This document shows, one piece after another, positions 55,701 through 64,000 of a stretch of DNA of 64,000 bases. The first letter of the stretch is position 1, and each line of letters starts with the position of its first letter. Source of the stretch: a virus. Taxonomy: Duplodnaviria > Caudoviricetes. The stretch spans positions 31,036-95,035 of the IMG/VR virus record IMGVR_UViG_3300011008_000025. One strand, 5' to 3'. The notes below the pieces were generated by a model, which was not told the DNA's origin, made no database searches, and saw only the letters and a list, made by a program, of their open reading frames with translations. The position numbers and the translations under genes were made by a program.

Positions 55701-56990
55701 GGCGCTGACGATGTTGGCGAGATGGTCAATAATGTGTCTGCGTTTCTATCTGTGAGTTATGAGGCAACAGACGAAGATAAAGCATTTGTTTATGGAAAAT
55801 TTATGAATGCCGCTGCCGAGACGATATATGATTTGTCTGTCTGGAGCGATAAGGAAGAGCGACAGACAATTTATCCGTGGGACGGGACTAGCGCAAAAAC
55901 AATGCGGAACTATCTGCATGACTACGCTGATTACGCCATGTGCTTTGAGGGCGGCCAGACATGCGCTTATTACAGTGGGCTGACTGGAACTGCTAACTGG
56001 AGCAATGAAATATGTCGCGATGTGGTTAACACACAGTTCCAAGCATTCCTTCGCAAGCTCGGCGAGCATTGGTCTGATGTGACCGGGGATAACGAGAGGC
56101 AAGAGGCGGCTGAATATTATGTTGGCCCAACGCGGGAATATACAAGTTTGACCAGGCTGTTTCTGGATCTGGCCTACGACACCTCCGAGAAAACAATTTA
56201 TGTAGACCCGGGTGAATATGATATTTTTGCTGAATACAGAGCAATTGGCGTTCTCTCACCCATTACCGGAACCAGCACAAATACATATGAACCGTACTGT
56301 GTCTATGTGCCACCCAATACGCGGCTTATCGGTCTTGGTAATGTAACACTAAAGTGGGATCCTGCAGCAAGCGATATTACAGAATTGGAAAGTCAGATCT
56401 GGTCACCTCTTAACGTGCGCGGTAACGTCGAAGTTGAAAACATAACAGTGCTGTGTAATAATGGCCGGTACTGCCTGCATGATGACCCGCAGGGCAATTC
56501 AAACTCAGGAACTAGGCATATTTACAGGAACTGCAGTTTTGTGCGAAACGTTAAGACTATCTCCGTCACCAGTTTTGTGCAGGTGATCGGGATGGGCTAT
56601 ACGGACAACAGCTATTACGAGTTTGACGGCTGCACATTTGAAAACCACCTGACCGGCTCTCTCAATTACTGTGCGGGCGGGCATGAAGGTGCGACAAATA
56701 ACGGCTGGAATGACAGCGCAAACAAAGGCCCGTTGGTTATATATAAAAACTGTGTGATGACCACGCAATACGGGACAAACGCTATGCGCTTCCAGACAAT
56801 AAACACGACAGATCAGCAACGCATTCGGGTACAGATTTTGGGCTGTTACCTAAGCGGGAATGTCTGGCTTGACCAATATACCAGCAACAGTAAGCAGTTT
56901 TTCGATTTGTTGTTGTTAAAATCCGGGAATCCTACGATCCAAATTGATATTGGTACCGACAATCCGTATACGCCACAGGTGTTTCAGTAA
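52713..56990 (+). CDS. multidomain tailspike with M14 zinc carboxypeptidase and C-terminal beta-helix
   Basis: GIHGCE, IPLCNPWG, RRN..G.DCNRDF, IDCH, CFE; three GA.ADAK..GD linkers; YCLHDD beta-helix region. Confidence 0.8.
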   Translation: MSVKDLGRAIPLHKGSYDNDTTYELNDLVDYQDSTYWHIGSTATQGVKPTNTNTWRLVILDGTAARTYASEAEAAAQMAQSASALAQVHVGAPLTASTVSAMTDTSRIYVYVGSESGYTNGDWYYYNGLTWVSGGVYNSTAFVTDTTLLLEGAAADAKTTGDTIRLSTSGMIGSDVIEWEVGGINASGANLSSSSRLRTTDYIPENITRLYVPSGDYEFAVYAYDENDTFVGSWTGWDLVSGVTASFHTSVSLAELGDYSFRIVLRDKADTTAALVITDADNIVMYATNADESLSIAGAYADAKMTGDAIQRGQYAEEHIRQNMFSVERSPSTSSGLFTLTDKSLNIITGLLTSTSATLGCHTNCISVSGDCCATLGLADYVWTCFSYKGGEIASSSEPTNQTEGQYVSGSNPIYVTLDDDYTHIAIGFRRVDMAAMTTDLTDMSSDYYRIQHALHVWIKATPDTTLTLSGEAADAKVAGDAIAALNDTVRYTIDISNFSWSYGGVAANGKNLSYDTRLRLLGQNGSGGITVSAGSSISANSGYKFCVALYSAYQDASNNTLIDYRSMGAGSYTISEDCIIRIAIGTTGDDVLWTEDGEGVRTLTAEGVAAAENALTLNLYGGTVKQEIENLKAGTEEASRVLELSDEIPLNAVDYHALWDNMVGSGYVDRELLANINDDETLPMYLYTMRSFPHHMASNYDLVAYSAFNTSSVANAWRTSVDLSEIGDYQFKVVLNSTDGETAMNTTMSDSLKFMDKNGNDVVVDGWELGTFVAKTGATSASSKRIRTTDYLPSEVATITLTSASYKFAIYAWTQDNDYLGIWARDNRLYQKPKALITAGIHGCERAMPVVAWDFARHLATDREYQTLRDTFDWYFIPLCNPWGFGHTAILTSTIGDTKPTYGITSYTKDTAEDYTVEDNTSTMHYGIRRNLAGYDCNRDFYDEDYVYSGLTYGFKTQEAQLIKSTIDRLTADGVDFAFAIDCHQAQCSETASTTGADDVGEMVNNVSAFLSVSYEATDEDKAFVYGKFMNAAAETIYDLSVWSDKEERQTIYPWDGTSAKTMRNYLHDYADYAMCFEGGQTCAYYSGLTGTANWSNEICRDVVNTQFQAFLRKLGEHWSDVTGDNERQEAAEYYVGPTREYTSLTRLFLDLAYDTSEKTIYVDPGEYDIFAEYRAIGVLSPITGTSTNTYEPYCVYVPPNTRLIGLGNVTLKWDPAASDITELESQIWSPLNVRGNVEVENITVLCNNGRYCLHDDPQGNSNSGTRHIYRNCSFVRNVKTISVTSFVQVIGMGYTDNSYYEFDGCTFENHLTGSLNYCAGGHEGATNNGWNDSANKGPLVIYKNCVMTTQYGTNAMRFQTINTTDQQRIRVQILGCYLSGNVWLDQYTSNSKQFFDLLLLKSGNPTIQIDIGTDNPYTPQVFQ

Positions 56991-58528
56991 TGTATATAAT
57001 ACAGCAACAGGACCTTGAGGTCTTAAATCAATCCGACAGACGCCTGTATGCCAGAATCGACGTATTGAATCATGAACTTCAGACGATTGTTTCGATTGAC
57101 GGCGAGCTGGTGGATGACAGCTATACGGTGGACGCGGAATCGGATGTAAGGCGTGTATACACGCTGACGCTCCATGTGTCTGATGACAGCTATCTGGTGG
57201 GGCGGGATAAAATCGTCTGGATGGATAAATATGTAAGAATTTACGTCGGCATATTTTATGAACGGGAGCAGACAATTCTGTGGTATCCGTGCGGACTTTA
57301 TTGCTTTGACAAGGCCGGGTATTCTTACGACGCCACCACAAACCAGCTGTCGCTCTCTTGCGTGGACCGTATGGCAGAGCTAACCGGCATACGAAACGGT
57401 CAGCTTGGCGGCGAATTAACCAAAATTCCTGCCGACACTTTGGTGCGGGACGCCATGATCAGCGCCGTCACACAGCTTGGCGGCATTGAAAAATATCGGA
57501 TCGCCGGCATGGATGACCTGCTCGTTCCATATGATCTGGAATTTACACGCGGCAGCAATGTGTATGATATTATTTCCGAGCTGCGCGATCTGTATCCGGG
57601 GTACGAGACATTTTTTGATGACGATACGTTTGTGTGCCAGCCGTATCCGACATATGCGTCAGATCCTGTGTTGCTGAACGCGGACACCATCTCCCCTCTC
57701 GTGATTTCGGAAAGTGCGGATTATGATTTTACGCAGGTTCACAACGTTGTTGAAGTGTGGGGGCATTGTAATACCAGCGACTATTTTACGACCAATGTGA
57801 CGGTGACCCAGTCTGGCAGCAGCGTAACGATCCAGGCTTCCTATTCGGGTGTTTCCACTCCGCAGAACGGTAAGATATATGGTTTTTCTCTGCCGTCTAT
57901 TGAGGCCGGAACGGCACTGGTTCGGTTTGGTTTGTCGAACAGCACGTATAACATACGCGACAGCCAGCGGACTTTGATCCGCTCCAGCGATTTGAAAGGC
58001 GGACGGTCGTATTTGCTGAAGTATCGCGCCGTTACTGAAAGCGGCGGGTATTTCGAGCTGCTTGGTCAATATCAGATTGTTGCCGTGACGAAAATGGTGT
58101 CGGCGTTGCCGGACACCGAGACGCGTGAGACAGAGCTGGATAGCGAGGCCACCGATAATATTTCGTACGTGGTCGACCCGACCAACCCGTTTTGCCGAGA
58201 ATATGATCTTGGTGAGATTCGGCTCGTGCTGGGCGACGGCGACTATGACAATATTTATTCAGAGTCGCTGGCGTTGCAGCGGGCTGAGTATGAGCTGTGG
58301 AAGGCGACCGATCTGCAAGACACACTGTCTTTGGAGATGATCGATATACCCTGGTTGGATGTGAACACCAAGCTGGAGATCCGCTCGCAGCAATCCGGCA
58401 AAGTCGACGTATATCTGGTCAAAAGCAAGTCCGGCAGCAGCATGAGCGGCACCATGTCCATTCAGGCTATCAAATTCAGGCCATATTATCCTTGGGACAG
58501 AACCGAGGAATCGGACGAGCAGGAGTGA
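56990..58528 (+). CDS. baseplate hub protein (DUF5048-like)
   Basis: DAESDVRR, ELRDLYP.YE.FFD and IPWLDVN.K motifs. Confidence 0.75.
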   Translation: MYIIQQQDLEVLNQSDRRLYARIDVLNHELQTIVSIDGELVDDSYTVDAESDVRRVYTLTLHVSDDSYLVGRDKIVWMDKYVRIYVGIFYEREQTILWYPCGLYCFDKAGYSYDATTNQLSLSCVDRMAELTGIRNGQLGGELTKIPADTLVRDAMISAVTQLGGIEKYRIAGMDDLLVPYDLEFTRGSNVYDIISELRDLYPGYETFFDDDTFVCQPYPTYASDPVLLNADTISPLVISESADYDFTQVHNVVEVWGHCNTSDYFTTNVTVTQSGSSVTIQASYSGVSTPQNGKIYGFSLPSIEAGTALVRFGLSNSTYNIRDSQRTLIRSSDLKGGRSYLLKYRAVTESGGYFELLGQYQIVAVTKMVSALPDTETRETELDSEATDNISYVVDPTNPFCREYDLGEIRLVLGDGDYDNIYSESLALQRAEYELWKATDLQDTLSLEMIDIPWLDVNTKLEIRSQQSGKVDVYLVKSKSGSSMSGTMSIQAIKFRPYYPWDRTEESDEQE

Positions 58529-58567
58529 TCCTGCTCGTCTTCATCATAACAGGGATAGGAGATTTTT

Positions 58568-59845
58568 ATGAGTGACACATATACGGATTTAACAGAAACC
58601 GTATTCCCTGACGGCATAGACACGTTGACGCGTATGCGCGACGCATCGTCCGGCGACATTACCAAAATCGCGCAGTATAACCAATATATCAGCGACGGCG
58701 AATTTTCCAGCGCCGCAGCCATGGTACAGGACGACCCGCTGTTTGCGCAAGTGATTTTTAATGCGGCCAAGCTGAATCAGCTCTCTGATTCGATTGTTGC
58801 TATCGAGCGCACCTGTTTTCAGAACGGGTGGACCGGTTCCGACAGCAGTACGCTGGTGCTGCGGGACGGATATTCCAGCACGACCTCTTATGAGGCAGGG
58901 AACTGTGTGTTTTATAACGGCACTTTGTGGAAGTGTTTGCGCAGCGTCAGCCGCGTTGCGCCGGGCAGTAATTCCACGTATTGGGAGCAGATTTATCCGA
59001 CGTCATCCTCTCAGTTTCCGCTTAATCAGGTGACGCCGGACGCCGATACGCTGTCTTTGTTTGGTCTGGGGTCCAGCGGTACCGCAGGGGATATTGCACG
59101 GTTTCTTGGCAGCTACGGACTGTATACATGGCAGGCCGTATCATCGCAGACAGTTTATCAGAAGCGCGAAAGTACCAAAGCAGCATCACTGACGTTCTGG
59201 TCTGATTGGTATGAGGTTTCTGTCGATAGAGACACAATTCCTGTCGTTATCACATACTATGACACCCTTACTGTCAATCAGAGCACCGGTCAGTTTATCA
59301 CTGGTACTCAGCACATGATCAGCTCCAATGACGCCACCCATTTTACCGATGTGTTAGGCGCATATGTTTTCTATAACGGCGCGTGGATGCACATATCGGA
59401 TTCCGCCACGCTGACAAAGGTGTATGACCTTGACAGCAACGACGACACACGTCGTGCCGGTATCACGATTTCTGCTGCTTATCAGGTTTATAGCGATCAG
59501 CAATCGGCCGGCAATATGTTCGTGGTGACAAGTCAGAACCGAAATGCATATCCGGATTCGGGCACACAGGATGGTATCACATATCATTATTGTGGCGTGC
59601 CATTCGATCATTTAGCCACGTCAATTCGCTCCGTGTCCGGCATGTATGTCGGTACAGGCGGTCAGGTCTCACTGACCATCGGTTTCCGCCCGGTGCTGTT
59701 TGCTATACAGGCACTTGGGTCTTCTTCCGCTACGATTGTGCTGCTTGGCAATACAGTCAGCGGCATCACGATTGGAGACACAGCAATCACGCTGACCTCG
59801 TATATCACAGCGGGGACCACATATGTCTGGGCGGCGCTCGGCTAA
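58568..59845 (+). CDS. tail fibre/baseplate protein with carbohydrate-binding-like module
   Basis: T.FPD.ID N-terminus; Y..G..V.YNG.LWKC...PG....WE. Confidence 0.65.
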   Translation: MSDTYTDLTETVFPDGIDTLTRMRDASSGDITKIAQYNQYISDGEFSSAAAMVQDDPLFAQVIFNAAKLNQLSDSIVAIERTCFQNGWTGSDSSTLVLRDGYSSTTSYEAGNCVFYNGTLWKCLRSVSRVAPGSNSTYWEQIYPTSSSQFPLNQVTPDADTLSLFGLGSSGTAGDIARFLGSYGLYTWQAVSSQTVYQKRESTKAASLTFWSDWYEVSVDRDTIPVVITYYDTLTVNQSTGQFITGTQHMISSNDATHFTDVLGAYVFYNGAWMHISDSATLTKVYDLDSNDDTRRAGITISAAYQVYSDQQSAGNMFVVTSQNRNAYPDSGTQDGITYHYCGVPFDHLATSIRSVSGMYVGTGGQVSLTIGFRPVLFAIQALGSSSATIVLLGNTVSGITIGDTAITLTSYITAGTTYVWAALG

Positions 59846-59856
59846 GGCGGTGTCCT

Positions 59857-60111
59857 ATGGCTGATACGATCAAAAGTTTGGCCAGCGCTATCATATCCGC
59901 ATCACAAAAGGTGCTGGAAAAAGCCAAATTCGATGTGACCAGACGCGGTGTTGTGCAGGCTGTTTCCGGCAGCCAGTATACGGTTTTGGTGCAGGGTCAG
60001 GAATATACTGCGTGCGGCGCGGCGAATATGCACGCCGTCGGCGATATCGTTTATGTACTATTCGCGCAGGGTGATGAAAAGCTTGCCATCATCCTGCCTG
60101 TTTCTATATAA
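59857..60111 (+). CDS. small OB-fold-like tail protein
   Basis: GVVQAV...YTV...VGD.VYV...GD. Confidence 0.6.
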   Translation: MADTIKSLASAIISASQKVLEKAKFDVTRRGVVQAVSGSQYTVLVQGQEYTACGAANMHAVGDIVYVLFAQGDEKLAIILPVSI

Positions 60112-60191
60112 GCAGGCGAAGGCAGGGGCTGACACGAGCGGCCTCTGCCTCTATATAAAAACTACTTTGATTGTTACGGGAGGTGATGGCA

Positions 60192-60557
60192 ATGGCATGT
60201 GTGAACACGATAGGGGCGAACAAGATTACGCATACGCGCGGCGACACGCTGATCAGACAGGTAGAGTTTTGTTATCAGGCATCCGGAGAAACGTATACGC
60301 CACAGGATGGTGATTCTGTTCGTTTTGCTCTGAAGCACACAACAATGACCTCCGGGAATAAACAATATACCGATCAGGAGCCGCTGATTCTGAAAGCAAT
60401 ACCGATCGACACCATGATTCTGAAGCTTGACCCGGAGGATACAAAACCACTCGATTTCGGGACTTATGTATATGATATCCAAATCACATACTCGAATGGT
60501 GATGTCGAAACGCCAATCAAAGAATCGGTGTTTGTGTTGACTCCGGAGGTGGATTGA
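60192..60557 (+). CDS. BppU-like baseplate protein
   Basis: TRGDT...L.PEDTK.L.FGTYVYDIQI. Confidence 0.7.
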   Translation: MACVNTIGANKITHTRGDTLIRQVEFCYQASGETYTPQDGDSVRFALKHTTMTSGNKQYTDQEPLILKAIPIDTMILKLDPEDTKPLDFGTYVYDIQITYSNGDVETPIKESVFVLTPEVD

Positions 60558-60934
60558 TGAATACCCTTGTCGGTACGATACAGGACGCAAGCAGGTTGGT
60601 CGGTGCGATCGGAGATGCATCCAATAGTCTGAGTGGAGGCGTAACAAAGGTTATCGAGACTGTTACGCGGGATTATGAGCTTTTAAGTAACAAGCCGTCC
60701 ATCAATGGCGTAGAGCTGATTGGCGATCTGACAAGTGAAGACCTTGGTATCGACCCAGGAACTGTTCTTCCACAAGGCGGTTCTGTCGGCGACATCCTTG
60801 TGCGGACCGGCAGCGATTCTGTTGCCTGGGAAACGCCTGCAAGCAGTGCAGAGCAGGACAATACGCGGCCAATCACAGCGGCGGCGGTATATACCGAGAT
60901 CGGCAATATCAACGCTTTGCTGGCGATCATATAA
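60557..60934 (+). CDS. short tail-fibre-like protein
   Basis: DY..L.NKPSINGVEL.G and LP.GG..G..L motifs. Confidence 0.7.
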   Translation: MNTLVGTIQDASRLVGAIGDASNSLSGGVTKVIETVTRDYELLSNKPSINGVELIGDLTSEDLGIDPGTVLPQGGSVGDILVRTGSDSVAWETPASSAEQDNTRPITAAAVYTEIGNINALLAII

Positions 60935-60946
60935 GGAGATGAACAT

Positions 60947-62455
60947 ATGAGTACAGCAACTGAAATAGCGAGACTGCAAGCGGCGAGAAATACGATCCGC
61001 AACAAGCTGGTTAACCTTGGGCTTGCGGAATCGACAGATTTGCTTGACGAGCTGGCTGACGCCGTAGACGGTATCGCCAATCGCGGCGCGGTATCCGCCT
61101 CCGTGCAGGAGGGCGATACATATACGATCCCCGCAGGCTACCACAATGGTTCCGGTACGGTTTCCGGCGTAGCCGGCGGCGGCAATTACAGCTTGCAGTC
61201 CAAGGGGCCTATTACCCCGACGAAAGCACAGCAGTCCATTACGGCAGACAGCGGTTATTATGGCTTGTCCGGCGTGACGATTGCGGCGATTCCGGAAGCA
61301 TATCAGGATGTTTCGTCCGTCAATGCAACGGCGGCCGATGTGTTGTCGCCCAAGGTCATCGTCACCGCTGACGGCACGACGACCACGGGTACGATGGCGA
61401 ATAACGGGGCGGTCAGTAGGACGTTGGACGCTACCACTGGAAATCAGTCCTATACCGTCCCAGCCGGACATCACAACGGCAACGGTACAGTCTCCGTTGT
61501 GTTGGAGGAAAAGAGCGCTACGCCCACTACGGCGAGCCAGGACATTACGCCAACGACAGGCAAAGTCCTCTCCAAAGTTACTGTTAATGCCATTCCGGGC
61601 GAATTCGCCGACACCACGGATGACGACGCTGTTGCCGCCAACATTCTGGACGGCAAAAAAGCACACAGCTACAATAGCACAACCGGCGAGGCTGTGGCTA
61701 TTACGGGTACAATGACTAATCGCGGCGCAGTGACTCAGACGCTGAGCACGACTTCGACCAGCTATACGATTCCTGCGGGCTATCATAATGGTTCCGGCAC
61801 AGTCAGTATTTCAACGGAAACCAAGACTGCAACGCCTACCAAATCCAGTCAGGATATTACGCCAAGCACCGGTAAGGTGTTGAGCAAAGTTACGGTGAAC
61901 GCCATTCCCGACGCATATCAGGACGTGACGAACGTCGATGCAGAGGCCGGAGATGTGTTGACGGGTAAGACGATTGTCGCCGCCGACGGAACAGAAGTTA
62001 CGGGTACGATGGCAGACAACGGAACCGTCACGCACGTTCTGGACGCGACAACAGACAACCAGTCTTTCACCATCGCGGCAGGCAAGCATTCCGGCTCCGG
62101 CGCGGTCACGATCGTACTGGAGAGCAAGACCGCGACTCCCAGCGCGTCCAGCCAGACGATTACACCGACCAGCGGCAAGGTGCTCAGTCAGGTCACGGTA
62201 AACGCCATCCCGGCCAACTGGGGCAACACTACGGGCGACGATGCTGTGGCCGCTAACCTTCTTGCTGGGAAGATTGCCCATACTATCGTCAACGGAACGG
62301 CAACGCAGATTACTGGTACGATGGTAAACAACGGGGCCATTGCCGGCTCTATCGACGGTCTCACGACTACAAGCTACACCATTTCTGCCGGGTACACGAC
62401 CGGAGGATCTGTAAGTCTGACGAACGATATAGAGTTGGCGTTGGCGGCTATTTAA
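60947..62455 (+). CDS. Thr/Gly-rich internally repeated tail fibre protein
   Basis: Repeats of about 100 aa: GTM.N.G.V...YTIPAG.H.G.G.V...K.ATP...Q.ITP..GKVLS.VTVNAIP. Confidence 0.8.
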   Translation: MSTATEIARLQAARNTIRNKLVNLGLAESTDLLDELADAVDGIANRGAVSASVQEGDTYTIPAGYHNGSGTVSGVAGGGNYSLQSKGPITPTKAQQSITADSGYYGLSGVTIAAIPEAYQDVSSVNATAADVLSPKVIVTADGTTTTGTMANNGAVSRTLDATTGNQSYTVPAGHHNGNGTVSVVLEEKSATPTTASQDITPTTGKVLSKVTVNAIPGEFADTTDDDAVAANILDGKKAHSYNSTTGEAVAITGTMTNRGAVTQTLSTTSTSYTIPAGYHNGSGTVSISTETKTATPTKSSQDITPSTGKVLSKVTVNAIPDAYQDVTNVDAEAGDVLTGKTIVAADGTEVTGTMADNGTVTHVLDATTDNQSFTIAAGKHSGSGAVTIVLESKTATPSASSQTITPTSGKVLSQVTVNAIPANWGNTTGDDAVAANLLAGKIAHTIVNGTATQITGTMVNNGAIAGSIDGLTTTSYTISAGYTTGGSVSLTNDIELALAAI

Positions 62456-62467
62456 GGGGGTGCTTGC

Positions 62468-64000
62468 ATGAGCATCCAGAGTGAAATCAACCGCATACTC
62501 AGTTTCCGGGACGAAAGTTTCGCGGTTGTCGAGAGCAAGGGCGTAACCGTGGCATCTGGTGCCATCATAGATGATTTGCCTGACTATATTGGGCAGATCA
62601 CTGGCGAGAACATGATGATCAATACGCTGGTGCCGAGCACGGTGCTGGCGAGTCGGCCAAAGCTTGTCGGGCAAACGAGCAATACGACGGTGGCCTCGGC
62701 AGCATCTGCTGTCACCGCCGAGCACGGTATCCGTGTCGGTGTGGCCAGCTCTACATATCCCTACATCACGTTCGGCAACATCTCCATAACCGGAGCAACT
62801 ACCGGTATGAACGGTCTGATCGCCGGCGAGACCTATACGCTGTCCTTTGATTGCGATGCCAAGCTTTTTTCCGGCGGCCCCGACGCGGGGACAAATTACG
62901 AGCTGCGGGCATATCTCTACGACAACCATGCGGACGAGTCGGTGTTCGCTATCAGCCAATACGGCACGATCCATGTCTATGCCGCGTCTGACACCAGCGA
63001 CAGGGGCGTGCTTGTGGAGGACCTGCGGTGCGAATTCACCTTCACGGTGCCGGATGATACGACCAAATTATATTTGAGCGTCCGCCCAAGCTCCACGACG
63101 GGCGGCCTCTACGCGTCCGGCGACTACATCGAGCTCCGCAATCTCAAAATGGAGAAGGGCAGCTTTGCCACGGCATGGATACCGGCATCGACAGACAGCG
63201 CCAACGCCCTCAGCCCGGATTCCCTCTCCGTCACAGCCAACGGCACCTATACGGCGCCCAGTGGCACGGCCTATAACGAGGTCACGGTGGCGGTGCCGCA
63301 GGATTCCGATCTCGCGGGTGATGAGGTAGCGACTTGGGAGGTCGGTTCATTCTCCGGGACGACTGGCGGCAATCTGAGCGCGTCGACACGGATACGGACG
63401 ACAGACTACCTCCCGGCGTCGATCGCGGGCATATCCGTCAATACGGACGGGTACCAATTCGGTGTGTATGGCTGGGATAGCAGCGGTGCTTATCTGGGTA
63501 TATGGACCGGCTCAGGCTGGGCGACGAGTATATCCGGCAACTGGCAAACATCCGTGACTCTGAGCGACTGTACCAACGCGGCGAAAGTCAAGTTGTTACT
63601 CCGCAAGACAGACGATAGCGCGGCGTCCACGGCATGGGCAGAGTACCTGACCTGCTCCGTCGATGCGATCCTGACCGGGCCGCTATCGGTCACGGCCAAC
63701 GGCACGTATACAGCCCCAAGCGGCACGGCCTATGACGAGGTGACGGTCAACGTCAGCGGCGGTACCACGCCAACGGGGACGCTGAACATCACGGCTAACG
63801 GGACGTATGATGTGGCGGCCTATGCCTCCGCGCTGGTCAACGTGCCGGGGTTAGAGTACGAAGCGGGTACATGGGAACCTAGCGCAGATATTGCACGAGG
63901 AACAATCTCTTTTTCCAACACGCACACGGGAGTGCCGTTTCTGGTGGCGCTTTCCGATGCAACGGGGACAACAGATGGAACGGCAAACACAAACTACACG
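62468..64000 (+). CDS. tail fibre/receptor-binding protein (partial, runs off the right edge)
   Basis: AAGGGGG RBS; open frame MSIQSEINRI...KMEKGSFATAW (CBM-like)...TANGTY repeats; not in the ORF track because there is no stop. Confidence 0.8.
   Translation, partial: MSIQSEINRILSFRDESFAVVESKGVTVASGAIIDDLPDYIGQITGENMMINTLVPSTVLASRPKLVGQTSNTTVASAASAVTAEHGIRVGVASSTYPYITFGNISITGATTGMNGLIAGETYTLSFDCDAKLFSGGPDAGTNYELRAYLYDNHADESVFAISQYGTIHVYAASDTSDRGVLVEDLRCEFTFTVPDDTTKLYLSVRPSSTTGGLYASGDYIELRNLKMEKGSFATAWIPASTDSANALSPDSLSVTANGTYTAPSGTAYNEVTVAVPQDSDLAGDEVATWEVGSFSGTTGGNLSASTRIRTTDYLPASIAGISVNTDGYQFGVYGWDSSGAYLGIWTGSGWATSISGNWQTSVTLSDCTNAAKVKLLLRKTDDSAASTAWAEYLTCSVDAILTGPLSVTANGTYTAPSGTAYDEVTVNVSGGTTPTGTLNITANGTYDVAAYASALVNVPGLEYEAGTWEPSADIARGTISFSNTHTGVPFLVALSDATGTTDGTANTNYT

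Noticed and set aside
22127-62974. Long minus-strand ORFs in the right arm (e.g. 22127-23728, 33494-35350, 61811-62974)
   Set aside because: Antisense shadows of the RNAP, capsid and fibre genes.
60947-64000. Diversity-generating retroelement repeats
   Set aside because: Repeat differences are mostly synonymous and not adenine-specific; no reverse transcriptase in the window.
1-64000. Arbitrium aimR/aimP locus; stop-codon reassignment
   Set aside because: No TPR receptor plus signal-peptide pair recognised here (it could lie outside the window). Genes are intact in the standard code and no suppressor tRNA is present.

Overview
This window is 64 kb of a large tailed phage or prophage of a Firmicute host (host assignment inferred from sigmaA promoters and GGAGG ribosome-binding sites). 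Its organisation resembles SPbeta. The leftward arm (1-19.6 kb, minus strand) carries many small early genes, four tRNAs, a YopR/MrpR-like repressor, an antitoxin-less MazF, a tyrosine recombinase and an amidoligase plus class II glutamine amidotransferase pair. A ~1.8 kb non-coding divergence zone holds a structured leader and an AT-rich repeat block. The rightward arm (21.4-64 kb) encodes a YonO-like single-subunit RNA polymerase followed by packaging, head, tail, tape-measure and receptor-binding genes. The main finding is a regulatory layer missing from the ORF track: (1) a 20-bp operator in 8 copies, five ending in a TTGACA -35 box, linking the repressor, MazF and RNAP operons; (2) a type I hammerhead ribozyme with a U4C core variant ahead of a tiny non-AUG ORF; (3) a boxA/boxB-like antitermination leader; (4) an antisense sRNA gene with its own promoter and terminator; (5) a hidden type I toxin-like peptide; (6) several genes apparently starting at AUA/AUC/AUU. 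All family assignments come from motif recognition and recalled family features; no database search was run.
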